Below the pieces are notes generated by a model. The model saw nothing but the letters and a program-made list of their open reading frames with translations, was not told the DNA's origin and ran no database searches. A program made the position numbers and the translations under genes. A stretch of DNA of 55,354 bases, taken from positions 1 to 55,354 of the forward strand of contig JAWXBZ010000045.1 in the NCBI GenBank assembly GCA_034440375.1, written 5' to 3'. This document shows positions 9,436 through 18,325 of this stretch, one piece after another (position 1 is the first letter of the stretch; every line of letters begins with the position of its first letter). This stretch comes from Candidatus Eiseniibacteriota bacterium (GTDB taxonomy: Bacteria; Eisenbacteria; RBG-16-71-46; JABDJR01; JAWXBZ01).

Positions 9436-10538
9436 CCCGCTCCCAGTTTCAGGATCATCCGCGCTTTCTGCCCCAGGGACAGATTCTGACCATGCTGGCA
9501 GCACTTGTCGCAGATCGGGAACATGTCGGCGCGGACCTTTTCGACCATCTTTCGACGCTTCATCCCGTTCCAGATCTCGCGGATTGACTGATCGCGCACA
9601 TTGCCGTAGTCGTAGGCTTCGAGGTGGCTGCATGGACGGACGAAGCCGTAGGGATCGATCAGGATCTCCCCCTCGACGACGCGACACCCCGTGATCGGAA
9701 AGCGGCCAAGCAAAAGGTCGTCATCGGACATGGACGCCAGAATGGCCAGGGTCGGGTGCTTCCGGATGATGCCCGGGCGTTGCAGAAAAGTGCGGATCCG
9801 CCGGACATCGTCCTCACTCGGAAGAAAACTCCCCTCGCGGCTGATGAATTCCTCGCCGGCGACCACCTGTCCATCCAGCTGACTGCCGTGCACTTCCGCC
9901 AGCGATGTCTCGCTGGCCAGTTGGAACGAGACATCCATGCCGAGGCTATCCTGGAGCCCGGAGAGTTCCTCAAGCTGGTCGGCATTGAGCCGGGAAATGG
10001 TGGCGTGGAGGGCCAGCCGGGGCCGCCGGGACTTCAGCCGTTTCTTGACGCTCGTCAAGCGCTCGAGGCCGGCCATGGCCCGTTCCCAGGCCCGCTCCTG
10101 TCCACGAACCTCGTCATGTCGCTTGCCGACGCCGTCGATCGATACCGTGATCGCCCGGACGCCGGCATTGACCACCCGTTCGGAGGTTCGTTCGGTGAAG
10201 AGGGTGCCGTTGGTGATGACATCGACCTCGAGGCCCAGGGCCCGCATGCCGTCGATGACGTCCAGCGCATCCCGTCGCAGAAGCGGTTCGGAACCGACCA
10301 GGATCACCTGCGGCACCCCGATCTCGGCCAGCTGCTTCGCCGTGGTGAGGATTTCGGCCGTCGTCAGTTCGACCAGCATGTCGGTTTCGCCGCGAACCCA
10401 GACACCGCAGGTGGTGCATCGGAGGTTGCACTTGTAGGTCATGCCGAACGTGGCCGACAGGATGCCGCCACGCTTCAGGATCCATTCGCGGCGCAGGGCA
10501 CGGGCGGCCCGGAAGGTCAGGTCAAGGGCGTTGATCAC
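9432..10538 (-). CDS. Radical SAM protein with SPASM/twitch domain
   Basis: CNLRCTTC, GSEPLLR, TNGTL and SIDG motifs; C-terminal C..IDPYGFVRPC...GNVRDQSIREIWN...CDKCC. Confidence 0.9.
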   Translation of the reverse strand: MINALDLTFRAARALRREWILKRGGILSATFGMTYKCNLRCTTCGVWVRGETDMLVELTTAEILTTAKQLAEIGVPQVILVGSEPLLRRDALDVIDGMRALGLEVDVITNGTLFTERTSERVVNAGVRAITVSIDGVGKRHDEVRGQERAWERAMAGLERLTSVKKRLKSRRPRLALHATISRLNADQLEELSGLQDSLGMDVSFQLASETSLAEVHGSQLDGQVVAGEEFISREGSFLPSEDDVRRIRTFLQRPGIIRKHPTLAILASMSDDDLLLGRFPITGCRVVEGEILIDPYGFVRPCSHLEAYDYGNVRDQSIREIWNGMKRRKMVEKVRADMFPICDKCCQHGQNLSLGQKARMILKLGAG

Positions 10539-10567
10539 GGGTCAGGAGTATAGCGCATCCGGGGAAT

Positions 10568-11869
10568 TCAACCGGTCACTGTCGTTGGCAGGATCAACAG
10601 CTGGAGCAGTCGCCGACCGCGGGCTTCCACGACCTTGATGGTATAGCGGCCGAACCGGACCTGGTCGCCGATCCGGCCCAGGGTGCCGAGTTGGAGCTGC
10701 ACGTAGCCGCCAATCGTGTCGGCATCCACATTCTCCTCGAGCGTGACGCCGAGCTGGGCCGCCACCGCCTCCAGGAGCATGCCGGCACTCACCAGGTAGC
10801 CTCCCTGCCGAACCTTTAGCAGCTGGGGCGCCTCCTCATCGAATTCGTCCTGCACGTCGCCAACCAGCTCCTCGATGACATCCTCCAGGGTAAGGATGCC
10901 CGAGGCGCCGCCGTATTCGTCCACGACGATCGCCAGGTGCTGTCGTTGTTCCTGGAAGTTCAAGAGGAGCCGTTCGGCACCCATCGATTCGGGAACGAAG
11001 AGCGGCGGACGCAATACTTTCTCGAATCCCTGGCGCCCCGGGTCGACGAGCGGCAGGTCCTTGATGTGAAGGATTCCCAGCACCCGGTCCAGATCCCCCT
11101 CGCAAACCGGGTAGCGGGTATGGCCGGAGAAACGTACCTGTTCGACCAGTTCGACGAAGGGACGATCGATCGAGAGGATGGCGACATCCGTGCGGGGGAT
11201 CAACATCTGCCGGGCGGTGCGCCGGCCGAAGGTGAAGACGTTCTGCAGAAGCCGCTGGCGCATGACCGGAATTCGACCGCCGGCGTGGCTGTGGGCCATC
11301 AGCATCTGGAGCTCTTCCTCGCTGTGCGATGAGTCGTGCTCCGAGGCAGCCCCCCCAAGCCGCAGGAGCCGAAGCGTCAGGTTGGCCAGACCGTTGAGTG
11401 ACCAGATCAGGGGATAGAAGACAAAGTAGAAAGCGATGATTGGCCGGGCCACGATGAGAGTGGTTGCCTCGGCCCGCCGGATCGCCAGTGACTTGGGCGC
11501 CAGCTCTCCGAACACGATGTGCAGAAAGGTGATCAGCACGAAAGCGGACGCCACGCTGGCCGTGTGGGACATCGTCGAACGAAGGAAGGGGAGCCCGTCG
11601 AAGAACGGCTGGAAGAGATGCGCAAATGCCGGTTCGCCGACCCAGCCGAGGCCAAGACTTGCCAGTGTGATACCGAGCTGCGTCGCCGACAGATAGGCAT
11701 CCAGCCGCGCCACGAGCGACTCCGCCAGCTTCGCCGACTTGTTCCCCTTCTTCGAAAGCTCCGCCAGCCGCGTTGCCCGCACCTTGACCAGCGCGAACTC
11801 GGTGGCCACGAAGAAGCCGTTGAGGAAGACGAGAAAGAAGGCGAAGAGGATGGGGAAGGCGCCGGACAT
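10568..11869 (-). CDS. HlyC/CorC (CNNM-CBS-CorC) family Mg2+/Co2+ transport protein
   Basis: NGFFVATEFAL, TQLGITLASLGLG, GELAPKS and VVDEYGG motifs. Confidence 0.93.
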   Translation of the reverse strand: MSGAFPILFAFFLVFLNGFFVATEFALVKVRATRLAELSKKGNKSAKLAESLVARLDAYLSATQLGITLASLGLGWVGEPAFAHLFQPFFDGLPFLRSTMSHTASVASAFVLITFLHIVFGELAPKSLAIRRAEATTLIVARPIIAFYFVFYPLIWSLNGLANLTLRLLRLGGAASEHDSSHSEEELQMLMAHSHAGGRIPVMRQRLLQNVFTFGRRTARQMLIPRTDVAILSIDRPFVELVEQVRFSGHTRYPVCEGDLDRVLGILHIKDLPLVDPGRQGFEKVLRPPLFVPESMGAERLLLNFQEQRQHLAIVVDEYGGASGILTLEDVIEELVGDVQDEFDEEAPQLLKVRQGGYLVSAGMLLEAVAAQLGVTLEENVDADTIGGYVQLQLGTLGRIGDQVRFGRYTIKVVEARGRRLLQLLILPTTVTG

Positions 11870-12060
11870 ATGGAAGAGATTGTGCGGCCTGGCAGCGTGT
11901 CTGGCAACCGGCGGGAGGAACACGACCAGAAGCCCGTCGGCCCCGCCCCGGTCACATGGACCAGAACAGGGCCGGCGAGGGATTGCCAGACAATCGACTT
12001 ACAGACTCACGACTCCGCGCACCACTGGACGCCGTCAGTCTTGCGGGCCGGTTGGATCGT

Positions 12061-14931
12061 TCACGAACATCCCGCGGTCGCGCCGCAGTTGGTGCACTTG
12101 TAGCAGGCGCCGCTGCGGATCAGGGTGGAGCCGCATTCGGAGCAGGGTGGCGCGTCGGACTGGTTATCGAAGGCCTGGGGCACCGCCCCGTTCGACGCGG
12201 CGGACATGGTGCGGGCAACTTGCTTGCCGTTCCGGCTGGTTTCGTGAGCCGCCGACGGTGCACTGCCAGCCGCCACGGTTTCCGCCGTCGTCGACGTCAG
12301 CCCGTTGTCCTGAATCGTCTTCTGAATACCCAGGTCGATGGCCTCTTCCGGTGAGAGGAAGCGGGACGCCAGCCAGCGAAAGATGTAGTCGGTGATCAAT
12401 TTGGCGAAAGGGATTTCCGGATTGCGGGTATAGCCGCTCGGCTCGTATCGGACATGGCTGAACTTGTTGATGAGATCCTTGAGCGGCACGCCGTACTGCA
12501 TCGCCAGGCTGACCGCCGTGGCGAAGGAGTCCATTAGGCCTGAAACCACCGAGCCTTCCTTGGCCATGACCAGGAAGATCTCGCCGGGGCTGCCGTCGTC
12601 ATACATGCCGACGGTGATGTAACCCTCGTGACCGGCAACCGAAAACTTGTGGGTGAGGGAGCGGCGCTCGTCGGGAAGGCGCCGCCGCCGCGCCCCCGCC
12701 GGGATCAGCGAAACGCTCGTCTCGACTTTCAGCCCGGTGTTCACCGGCTGTGAGCGCTTGCAGCCGTCACGGTAGATGGCGATGGCCTTGAGGCCGAGCT
12801 TCCAGGCCTCGAGGTAGGTTTCAGCGATTTCCGCCTCCGTGGCCTCCGAGGGCATATTCACGGTTTTGGAGATGGCTCCGGACAGGAACGGTTGAACCGC
12901 CGCCATCATCCGGATGTGCCCGCGGTAGTGAATGCTCCGAGTGCCGCGGGCCGGCCGGAAGGCGCAGTCGAACACGGGCAGATGATCCTCGCGCAGGCCA
13001 GGCGCCCCCTCGATAGTCTCGTGCTCGTCGATGTAGTCGAGGATCCTCTTGGCTTCGACCGTCGGGTAGCCGAGGCGGGTCAGCGCTTCGGGCACCGTCT
13101 GGTTGACCAGTTTCAGCATGCCGCCGCCGACCAGCTTCTTGTACTTGACGATGGCGATTTCCGGCTCAACGCCGGTCGTGTCGCAATCCATCATGAAGCC
13201 GATCGTGCCGGTCGGGGCCAGTACCGTCACCTGGCTGTTGCGATAACCGTACTCGCCCCCCAGCGTGCGGGCACGCGACCAGGTCTCCCGCACGGCAGCC
13301 ATCAGGTCGCCGGCCACCAGCGTGGGATCGATCCCCTGGACCGAACCCTTGTGCATGTCGATCACGTTCAGCATCGGCTCGCGGTTTCGCTCGTAGCCGG
13401 CGAACGGCCCCAGCTGGGCGGCAATTCGTGCACTGGTGGCGTAAGCCTGGCCGTGCATGAGGCCGGTGATGGCGCCGGCCACCGCGCGCCCGGCATCCGA
13501 ATCGTATGGAAGACCTCGGGCCATGAGCAGGGCGCCGAGATTGGCGTAGCCGAGGCCAGGGGGCCGGTAGTCGTGGCTGTTCCGCTCGATGGCCGGCGTC
13601 GGATAGCTGGCATTGCCGACGATGATCTCCTGGGCCGTGATCGTGATATCGACGGCGTGTTGAAAGGCTTCCGCGTCGAACTCGCCGTCCGCCCGGCGAA
13701 ATCTCATGAGATTGAGCGATGCCAGGTTGCAGGCCGAGTCGTCGAGGAACATGTATTCACTGCACGGATTGCTGGCGTTGATCGGGGCCGTGTTGGGGCA
13801 GGTGTGCCACCGATTGATCGTCGTGTCGAACTGAAGGCCGGGATCGCCGCACAACCAGGCGGACTCGGTGATCATCCCCATCAGGTCGCGGGCCTTGTAG
13901 GTGTCCATGGCCTCGCCGGTCGTGACGGAGCGGGTCCGCCAGTCCCGATCCTTCTCGACGGCATCCAGAAACTCGTCAGTCATGCGGACCGAGTTATTCG
14001 AGTTCTGGAAGAAGACCGAAGCGTAGGCTTCGCCATTGAACGAGGCCTCGTAGCCGGCGTCGATCAGGGCCCAGGCCTTCTTCTCTTCCAGTTCCTTGCA
14101 CCGGATGAAATCGACGATGTCGGGATGGTCGGCGTTCAGGATGACCATCTTGGCCGCACGCCGGGTCTTGCCACCGGACTTGATCACGCCGGCAAAAGCG
14201 TCGTACCCCTTCATGAACGAGACCGGCCCGGAGGCGGTGCCGCCCCCCTTCAACTTCTCGCGGCTCGATCGGATGGGGGAGAGGTTGGTTCCGGTGCCCG
14301 ATCCCCACTTGAACAGCATCCCCTCGGTCTTGGCCAGATCCATGATGGAGGTCATCGTGTCGTCGACGGAGTTGATGAAGCAGGCCGAGCACTGCGGCTT
14401 TTCCTCGACACCGCAGTTGAACCAGACCGGGCTGTTGAACGCCATCTTCTGGTTCAGGAGGAGATGGGCCAGCTCGTCGCGGAATGCCGTCTCGTCGCCC
14501 TGGGAGGCGAAGTAGCCGTCCTTGGCGCCCCAGCGGGTGATCGTGTTCACGACCCGTCCGATGAGTTGACGGACGCTTGTTTCGCGTTCGGGAGTTCCGA
14601 GATTTCCGCGGAAGTACTTCGAGACGACCACGTTGGTCGCCATCATGGACCAGTTTTTCGGGATCTCGACGTTCTTCTGTTCGAAGATCACCTCACCCTT
14701 TTCCGTGGTGATGGAGGCCGTCCGGTGGTCCCATTCAAGCTCATCGAATGGGTTCGAGTCAGGCCGGCTGTTGCGCCGGTCGAAACGGAGTCCGAGGTGC
14801 CCGTTTGCGGCGCTCGACGCACCGCGTGCCTGACGGGTGCCGGGGCGGCGACCCGAGGTGTCTCCCCGTTGGTCCTGCGTTGCTTCGCCCATGAAATGGG
14901 CATCGATCGACTTGGCCAGCTTTTTCGCCAT
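12061..14931 (-). CDS. nrdJ: Adenosylcobalamin-dependent class II ribonucleotide reductase with C-terminal TSCPD domain and Zn ribbon
   Basis: FNSPVWFN, QCSACFI, SNPCSEY (thiyl Cys), CNLASLN, APTGTI and SGAISKTVN motifs; terminal CSECG..CYKCTNCGATAGCS. Confidence 0.96.
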   Translation of the reverse strand: MAKKLAKSIDAHFMGEATQDQRGDTSGRRPGTRQARGASSAANGHLGLRFDRRNSRPDSNPFDELEWDHRTASITTEKGEVIFEQKNVEIPKNWSMMATNVVVSKYFRGNLGTPERETSVRQLIGRVVNTITRWGAKDGYFASQGDETAFRDELAHLLLNQKMAFNSPVWFNCGVEEKPQCSACFINSVDDTMTSIMDLAKTEGMLFKWGSGTGTNLSPIRSSREKLKGGGTASGPVSFMKGYDAFAGVIKSGGKTRRAAKMVILNADHPDIVDFIRCKELEEKKAWALIDAGYEASFNGEAYASVFFQNSNNSVRMTDEFLDAVEKDRDWRTRSVTTGEAMDTYKARDLMGMITESAWLCGDPGLQFDTTINRWHTCPNTAPINASNPCSEYMFLDDSACNLASLNLMRFRRADGEFDAEAFQHAVDITITAQEIIVGNASYPTPAIERNSHDYRPPGLGYANLGALLMARGLPYDSDAGRAVAGAITGLMHGQAYATSARIAAQLGPFAGYERNREPMLNVIDMHKGSVQGIDPTLVAGDLMAAVRETWSRARTLGGEYGYRNSQVTVLAPTGTIGFMMDCDTTGVEPEIAIVKYKKLVGGGMLKLVNQTVPEALTRLGYPTVEAKRILDYIDEHETIEGAPGLREDHLPVFDCAFRPARGTRSIHYRGHIRMMAAVQPFLSGAISKTVNMPSEATEAEIAETYLEAWKLGLKAIAIYRDGCKRSQPVNTGLKVETSVSLIPAGARRRRLPDERRSLTHKFSVAGHEGYITVGMYDDGSPGEIFLVMAKEGSVVSGLMDSFATAVSLAMQYGVPLKDLINKFSHVRYEPSGYTRNPEIPFAKLITDYIFRWLASRFLSPEEAIDLGIQKTIQDNGLTSTTAETVAAGSAPSAAHETSRNGKQVARTMSAASNGAVPQAFDNQSDAPPCSECGSTLIRSGACYKCTNCGATAGCS

Positions 14932-15161
14932 GGGAAATTGTATTCCTCCTCCCCGACTTACCTCCGGGCGTGGGGGGCTGTGCGCCTCCGTTCATTCGCC
15001 CGCCGGCAGCCCAATTCGGGCCGGACTGCCGGATTATCGGAGGGGCCGGCCCGGCCGGTCCCCCTTACCCTTCTACCTGATTCACCCCAGCGTCGGACAA
15101 CAGCGACCGACATGGTGCGGAAGGGTTTTTACCTCGTCGGCACAGCCCAGTCAAGCACAAA

Positions 15162-15209
15162 ACGCAACATTCTGTGGCTGGACCGGTGGCGGCACACAAG
15201 ATATGGTGG
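15162..15209. promoter_or_regulatory. Tandem NrdR boxes upstream of nrdJ
   Basis: ACACAAGATATGGTGG (15194-15209) matches acaCwAtATaTwGtgt at 13/16. ACGCAACATTCTGTGG (15162-15177) matches at 11/16 on the minus strand. The boxes are 32 bp apart and next to a minus-strand TTGACT -35 (15149-15154). Confidence 0.8.
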
Positions 15210-15390
15210 TATAGGCAGGGGTGACCTGTCCACAAAATTGTCACCAAACTGCCCTGAACCAATCGAGGGCGGTGGTGTCATGGACAAACGGGGCCACCGG
15301 ATCGTCTCGGTCGGATCCGGTAGCCTCGTCAGGACTACCCACCAGAAACGGCCGACTTGTCCTCGTCAACCACCAGGGAGATACCCGCCA

Positions 15391-16074
15391 ATGACCCGTT
15401 CCACCACCATTCCGGCCGCACTTCTTGCTCTGGCGCTGGGTGCTGCCCCTCTCCGGGCCGATGCCCATCCGCCGGCCTCCGATCCGCCTCAGGCCAAACC
15501 CGTTGCCACCCCGGCCACGGCGGATGCCCCCTCGAAGCCGGCGATGGCCAAGGCCGACGAAACAATTCTCCCCATCGGCTCGGTGGTGCCCGACTTCACG
15601 CTCAAGACCGCTGATGGCAAGGAAATCAATCTCAAGGCCTACAGCGGCAAGTCGGTGACCGTGCTGACCTTCCTGTCGAAGAATTGCCCGATCTCGCGAG
15701 CCTGGCACAAGGAGATTGCGGCGATCGCCGGTGAATATGAAAAAAAGGGCGTGAAGTTTATCGGCCTCATGTCCAATTCCACAGTGACAACTTTCCTGGT
15801 CAGCGAAGGAATCAAGTTTCCGATCCTCGATGATCCGGGCAACGTGGTGGCCGACAAGCTGGACGCCATCGCCACACCGCAGATGTACGTGATCGATGCC
15901 GCCGGCAAACTGGCCTACACCGGCGCCATCAACAACAGCGCCCGGGAGGCCACCAAGGTGACGAAGGAGTATTTCAAGACGGCCCTGGCCTCGGTCGTGG
16001 CCGGAAAACCCGTTGCAGATCCCTCCCCGCTCGAGAACATCGGCTGCACGATCAAGCGCGCCGTCAAGTCCTGA
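15391..16074 (+). CDS. Exported redoxin (AhpC/TSA, thioredoxin-like) protein
   Basis: Signal peptide plus Pro/Ala linker; IGSVVPDFTL, SKNCPIS, FPILDD, ATPQMYVID, YTGAIN and IGCTIK. It forms the 3' part of track ORF 12892..16074. Confidence 0.85.
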   Translation: MTRSTTIPAALLALALGAAPLRADAHPPASDPPQAKPVATPATADAPSKPAMAKADETILPIGSVVPDFTLKTADGKEINLKAYSGKSVTVLTFLSKNCPISRAWHKEIAAIAGEYEKKGVKFIGLMSNSTVTTFLVSEGIKFPILDDPGNVVADKLDAIATPQMYVIDAAGKLAYTGAINNSAREATKVTKEYFKTALASVVAGKPVADPSPLENIGCTIKRAVKS

Positions 16075-16107
16075 CTTCAGCCTCAACGACGATTTGGCCT
16101 CGGGCCC

Positions 16108-17988
16108 TCAGGGCTCGAGGCCAAATTCGTTTCGAAGTCGATCATCGGGGGTGGCCTCGGGGAGCGCGTCGCCATGGCGCGAACGGATTCGATCGATTGC
16201 CTTCCGGGCAATCCGGTGGCCGGGGAAGAGATGTGTCACCCGATGGTACGCCGCCGCCGCATCACCATCCCGACCGACTCGCTCGAAGGCGAGGGCCAGC
16301 ACCAGCCACGGTCGGGCGGACCGGGGCGCCGCGGCTGCCGCCCGCCATGATTCGCGCACGATGTCATGGTGATGCTCCCGCCACCATGCGGGGTCGTCCG
16401 GCATGACCGTCTGGGTCGGATCGACGGTGCGGTACTCATGCCGAAGGAGCCACGAGGCCTCGGCCCGTTCGCGCCGCGCATAGATCAGGGCCTGGTCGTC
16501 CCAGTGGACCAATGCCCACTCGGACCAGGTCCGGGCCACGGCGGCGAGCGCCTGATAGCCGTCGGCCCCCGGGTAGCGAAGAAAGAGCCAGTCGGCCTCA
16601 CGCACTTGCAGTCGATCTCGCGTGCCCGGCGCCGCATCCCGCAGAGAGAGGTATTCCTCGACCAGATCCTCGCCGTACACGAAGTAGCGCCCGTCCACGA
16701 ATATGCGCCAGGCGGGATCGAGCGCATGCACCAGCCATCCACCGAAGTCGTAGTTGTTCACCAGACGCCCGCCGGATGATGGCGCCACCTTTCGGAGAAA
16801 ATCGGTGGCATCGATTGGAAAGCCGGTGGTGTCAAGATGGGGGCGGGGGGGCCAGGCGCGGGCGTATCCAGCCCGGCCGCCGATCAGGAGAACGAGCGAC
16901 AGACTGGCAATGGCCAGGCCGGCGATCTGGATCAGGGTTCGCACCTGCCGAGGTGGGGAGGGCCACGGCCCGGTCAGGAGCGCCAGTGCCGGCAGGGCGC
17001 CGATGGCAAGCAGATCACGATTGCGAGCCGCCAGGAAGGGTCCGGCCGCCAGGCCCAGAAGCAACACGGCCAGTCCCCACCGCTCGACGGCTCGCCGTTT
17101 CCACTGCCCGGCGAGTGCCGCCACGACAACCACCACCGCCATCACCACGGTGGCTGTCCGTTCCGGCAGATGTCCCTGCGTGACAGACAGGATCGGCTGC
17201 CACTCCTGCACCATCTGGCGATAGAGCCCTCCCGCCGCCAGATGGCCCACATAGTCGAGCAAGGCGCGGGGACCGGCCGGATGGATCAGGGAGGCCAGGA
17301 CGACCGCCCCGAGCACCCACCAGCACTCCCGCGCATTTCGGCCGACCGGGCCGCCACCTGCGAGCAGCAGCGTCATCAGGCCGAGTCCGATCACCGGCCC
17401 GTGAAGGTTTGTCCAGAATAACTGGATCACGGGGAGGATCCAGAGCGATGCCTCTCCGCGCCGCGCCTTCCCGAAGCGCTCGAGCGTCAGCGCCAGCAGG
17501 AGGTAGGTGAAGAGTTGCGGCCGGGCCACCATCCGGTCGCCCATGACGAGGGGGATCAACGCCAGGATGGCGCCGATCACGGCGAACGGTATCCGCTCCC
17601 GCGCCGCCGCCCGGATGATGAGGAGCCCGGTGATCAGCAGGAGAACAGCAACCAGGCCGATGACGGCGGCCCCGCCGCCCGCCTGCTCGGCCAGGGCCAT
17701 TATCAGTTCGGCCAGCCACTCATGATTGACCCACCGGTTGCCGGCGGCCGTGAACGACCAGGCCTCGACGAAAGCGCCGGGCCGGCCGGCCAGAAGGTCA
17801 GCGCCGGCCCGCAGGTGCCACCAGACATCGCTGTCGGGGCCGGGACGAAGGGCGGGGAGGAGGAAGGCAACGAACCCGGCGATCAGGGCCAGGTAGCCGA
17901 TGACGCGGCGGGCGCCGGGTTTATTCTTCCAGCCTGATTCCCCGGCTGACCCGGAGGTCGGTCGCGGCGCCCCGGCGGCCGGGGTCAT
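16108..17988 (-). CDS. Polytopic membrane protein, probable GT-C-fold glycosyltransferase with C-terminal TPR-like helices
   Basis: DSDVWWHLRAG, NHEWLAE, RPQLFTY, WTNLHG, EWQP and NNYDFGGWL..FVDGR; many hydrophobic segments. Confidence 0.65.
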   Translation of the reverse strand: MTPAAGAPRPTSGSAGESGWKNKPGARRVIGYLALIAGFVAFLLPALRPGPDSDVWWHLRAGADLLAGRPGAFVEAWSFTAAGNRWVNHEWLAELIMALAEQAGGGAAVIGLVAVLLLITGLLIIRAAARERIPFAVIGAILALIPLVMGDRMVARPQLFTYLLLALTLERFGKARRGEASLWILPVIQLFWTNLHGPVIGLGLMTLLLAGGGPVGRNARECWWVLGAVVLASLIHPAGPRALLDYVGHLAAGGLYRQMVQEWQPILSVTQGHLPERTATVVMAVVVVVAALAGQWKRRAVERWGLAVLLLGLAAGPFLAARNRDLLAIGALPALALLTGPWPSPPRQVRTLIQIAGLAIASLSLVLLIGGRAGYARAWPPRPHLDTTGFPIDATDFLRKVAPSSGGRLVNNYDFGGWLVHALDPAWRIFVDGRYFVYGEDLVEEYLSLRDAAPGTRDRLQVREADWLFLRYPGADGYQALAAVARTWSEWALVHWDDQALIYARRERAEASWLLRHEYRTVDPTQTVMPDDPAWWREHHHDIVRESWRAAAAAPRSARPWLVLALAFERVGRDGDAAAAYHRVTHLFPGHRIARKAIDRIRSRHGDALPEATPDDRLRNEFGLEP

Positions 17989-18001
17989 CAGGCCCTGGGC
18001 G

Positions 18002-18325
18002 TCAGGCGGAGAAGCTCTCGCCGCAGGCGCACGACTTCTTGGCGTGGGGGTTCGTGAAGCGGAAGCCGCCGTCGAGCAAGCCTTCTCCGAAATCGAGGAC
18101 GCTGTCCGAGAGATAGAGAAGACTCTTCGGATCGCACAGGATCGTCACGCCGTCCTGCTCGAAGACATTGTCGTTGGGGCGACGCAGGGTGGTGAAATCG
18201 AGGACGTAGGAAAATCCGGAACAGCCGCCTCCCTTGACGCCCACCCGGAGCATCAGCCCCGGCTCTCCCTTTTCACGCACGATCCCCTTGATGCGCTGAA
18301 TGGCTCGTTCACTGGCGTTGATCAT
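18002..18325 (-). CDS. iscA: A-type Fe-S cluster carrier (IscA/HesB family)
   Basis: GGGCSGFSY and NPHAKKSCACGESF motifs; ATGA-coupled to iscS. Confidence 0.93.
   Translation of the reverse strand: MINASERAIQRIKGIVREKGEPGLMLRVGVKGGGCSGFSYVLDFTTLRRPNDNVFEQDGVTILCDPKSLLYLSDSVLDFGEGLLDGGFRFTNPHAKKSCACGESFSA

Noticed and set aside
9432-10538. RiPP biosynthetic cluster around the SPASM enzyme
   Set aside because: No precursor peptide, PqqD/RRE domain or transporter is seen nearby.
14932-15120. Cobalamin riboswitch upstream of the B12-dependent nrdJ
   Set aside because: No recognisable B12-box or GGGAA/GCCACTG core, and such riboswitches usually precede B12-independent isozymes.
12892-15390. 1060-aa ORF suggesting a giant redoxin fusion
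   Set aside because: Most of it is the antisense shadow of nrdJ and crosses the nrdJ promoter. The real gene starts at 15391 with its own RBS and signal peptide.
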